The position numbers and the translations under genes were made by a program. DNA of 64,000 bases from an uncultured Gammaproteobacteria bacterium (GTDB lineage Bacteria > Pseudomonadota > Gammaproteobacteria > Pseudomonadales > Halieaceae). This document shows positions 63,425 through 64,000 of this stretch, piece after piece. The stretch lies in contig CABYJX010000001.1 in NCBI GenBank assembly GCA_902519405.1, positions 38,822-102,821 of the forward strand. Direction: 5' to 3'. Under the pieces are notes generated by a model. That model ran no database searches, had not been told where the DNA came from, and worked only from the letters and a program-made list of their open reading frames with translations. How positions within the stretch are numbered: position 1 is the first letter of the stretch; each line of letters begins with the position of its first letter.

Positions 63425-63736
63425 TTAAATAGTGCGGATTAAATTTGATAGTTTTGGGTTGGGAACTTTGGCTCTCCGCATCAGAAGTAAAATATTCCCT
63501 ACTTCTTGAATAACTATTGAGGAGGAAGCCTCGCTAATGTTATCAATAATTTCTTTGCGTGATTGAGAAGATTTCGATGGGATTTTTATTTTAATAAGTT
63601 CGTGATCTTGGAGTGCTCGATCAAGTTCGAGTAAAACGCCCTTCGTAAGGCCGTTCTGCGAAACTGTGACTATGGGCCTTAGTTTGTGCCCAATAGCCCT
63701 AAGCTGTCGGATTTTGAGTCCGCTACTCTGTGTCAT
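63425..63736 (-). CDS. yhbY: RNA-binding protein YhbY (CRM domain)
   Basis: The sequence has LRAIGHKLRPIVTVSQNGLTKGVLLELDRALQDHELIKIKI. ATG 63736 (MTQSSGLK...) is preferred over the longer ORF. Confidence 0.88.
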   Translation of the reverse strand: MTQSSGLKIRQLRAIGHKLRPIVTVSQNGLTKGVLLELDRALQDHELIKIKIPSKSSQSRKEIIDNISEASSSIVIQEVGNILLLMRRAKVPNPKLSNLIRTI

Positions 63737-63819
63737 GGATATGAAAAAGTGTCTGCAAAATTTGAGGTATATTGTACACATTATTATTTTAATGACTGAA
63801 TAATTTTTGAGGTATTAGT

Positions 63820-64000
63820 TTGGGGAAAAAGAAGTCCTCGAGTAAATCGTGGTTAAGAGAGCACAAATCAGATCCCTACGTTTTATCAGCTAAAAAAGAC
63901 GGGTATAGATCTAGAGCAAGTTACAAACTAATTGATCTAGATGAAAGGTTTGATTTCCTTCGTGAGGGAGCAAAAGTACTGGATTTGGGTTGCGCTCCAG
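63820..64000 (+). CDS. rlmE: 23S rRNA (uridine-2'-O)-methyltransferase RlmE/FtsJ, N-terminal part (runs off the window)
   Basis: Hand translation from TTG 63820 gives (M)[59 protein letters not shown]. This matches the RlmE N-terminus up to the SAM motif DLGxAPG. GAGG lies 7 nt upstream, and the gene is divergent from yhbY as in enteric and marine Gammaproteobacteria. Confidence 0.85.
   Translation, partial: MGKKKSSSKSWLREHKSDPYVLSAKKDGYRSRASYKLIDLDERFDFLREGAKVLDLGCAP

Overview
The window has three parts. (1) Positions 1 to about 27.3 kb are a photosynthesis gene cluster of the purple-bacterial (type II reaction centre) kind. The gene order is bchY(partial)-bchZ, a pufQ-like ORF, pufL-pufM, a 336-bp non-coding spacer, then pufB-pufA (both below the ORF-track size cutoff; I found them by hand) and idi. 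On the minus strand lie ppsR-bchG-pucC-bchP and a small membrane ORF. Divergent from ppsR is a tightly coupled bchFNBHLM-lhaA-puhABC-puhE block with many ATGA/TGATG start-stop overlaps. After it come a HemN-like gene, acsF (minus strand) and a short BLUF photoreceptor gene. Tandem PpsR-type TGT-N12-AC(A/T) boxes sit in the ppsR/bchF and acsF/BLUF divergent regions. No pufC, ppaA/aerR, pucBA, bchE or crt genes are visible in the window. (2) Positions 27.4 to 58.2 kb are a dense catabolic island with no regulator gene. It holds acyl-CoA dehydrogenases, split MFE-2-type hydratase and dehydrogenase genes, a thiolase, about seven SDRs and an LLM oxidoreductase. It also holds a Tat-exported flavoprotein coupled to a class I cytochrome c, an aldehyde dehydrogenase, an epoxide-hydrolase-like hydrolase and an alkylsulfatase-like MBL protein next to a sulfotransferase. 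A Rieske oxygenase and a TonB-dependent receptor complete it. (3) Positions 58.4 to 64 kb carry housekeeping genes carA-carB-greA-yhbY(minus)-rlmE(partial). I recognise that order from Gammaproteobacteria. My inference is an aerobic anoxygenic phototroph of the OM60/NOR5-like marine Gammaproteobacteria. I saw no tRNA, rRNA, CRISPR array, transposase or integrase. All family calls come from reading motifs by eye; no database search was run.
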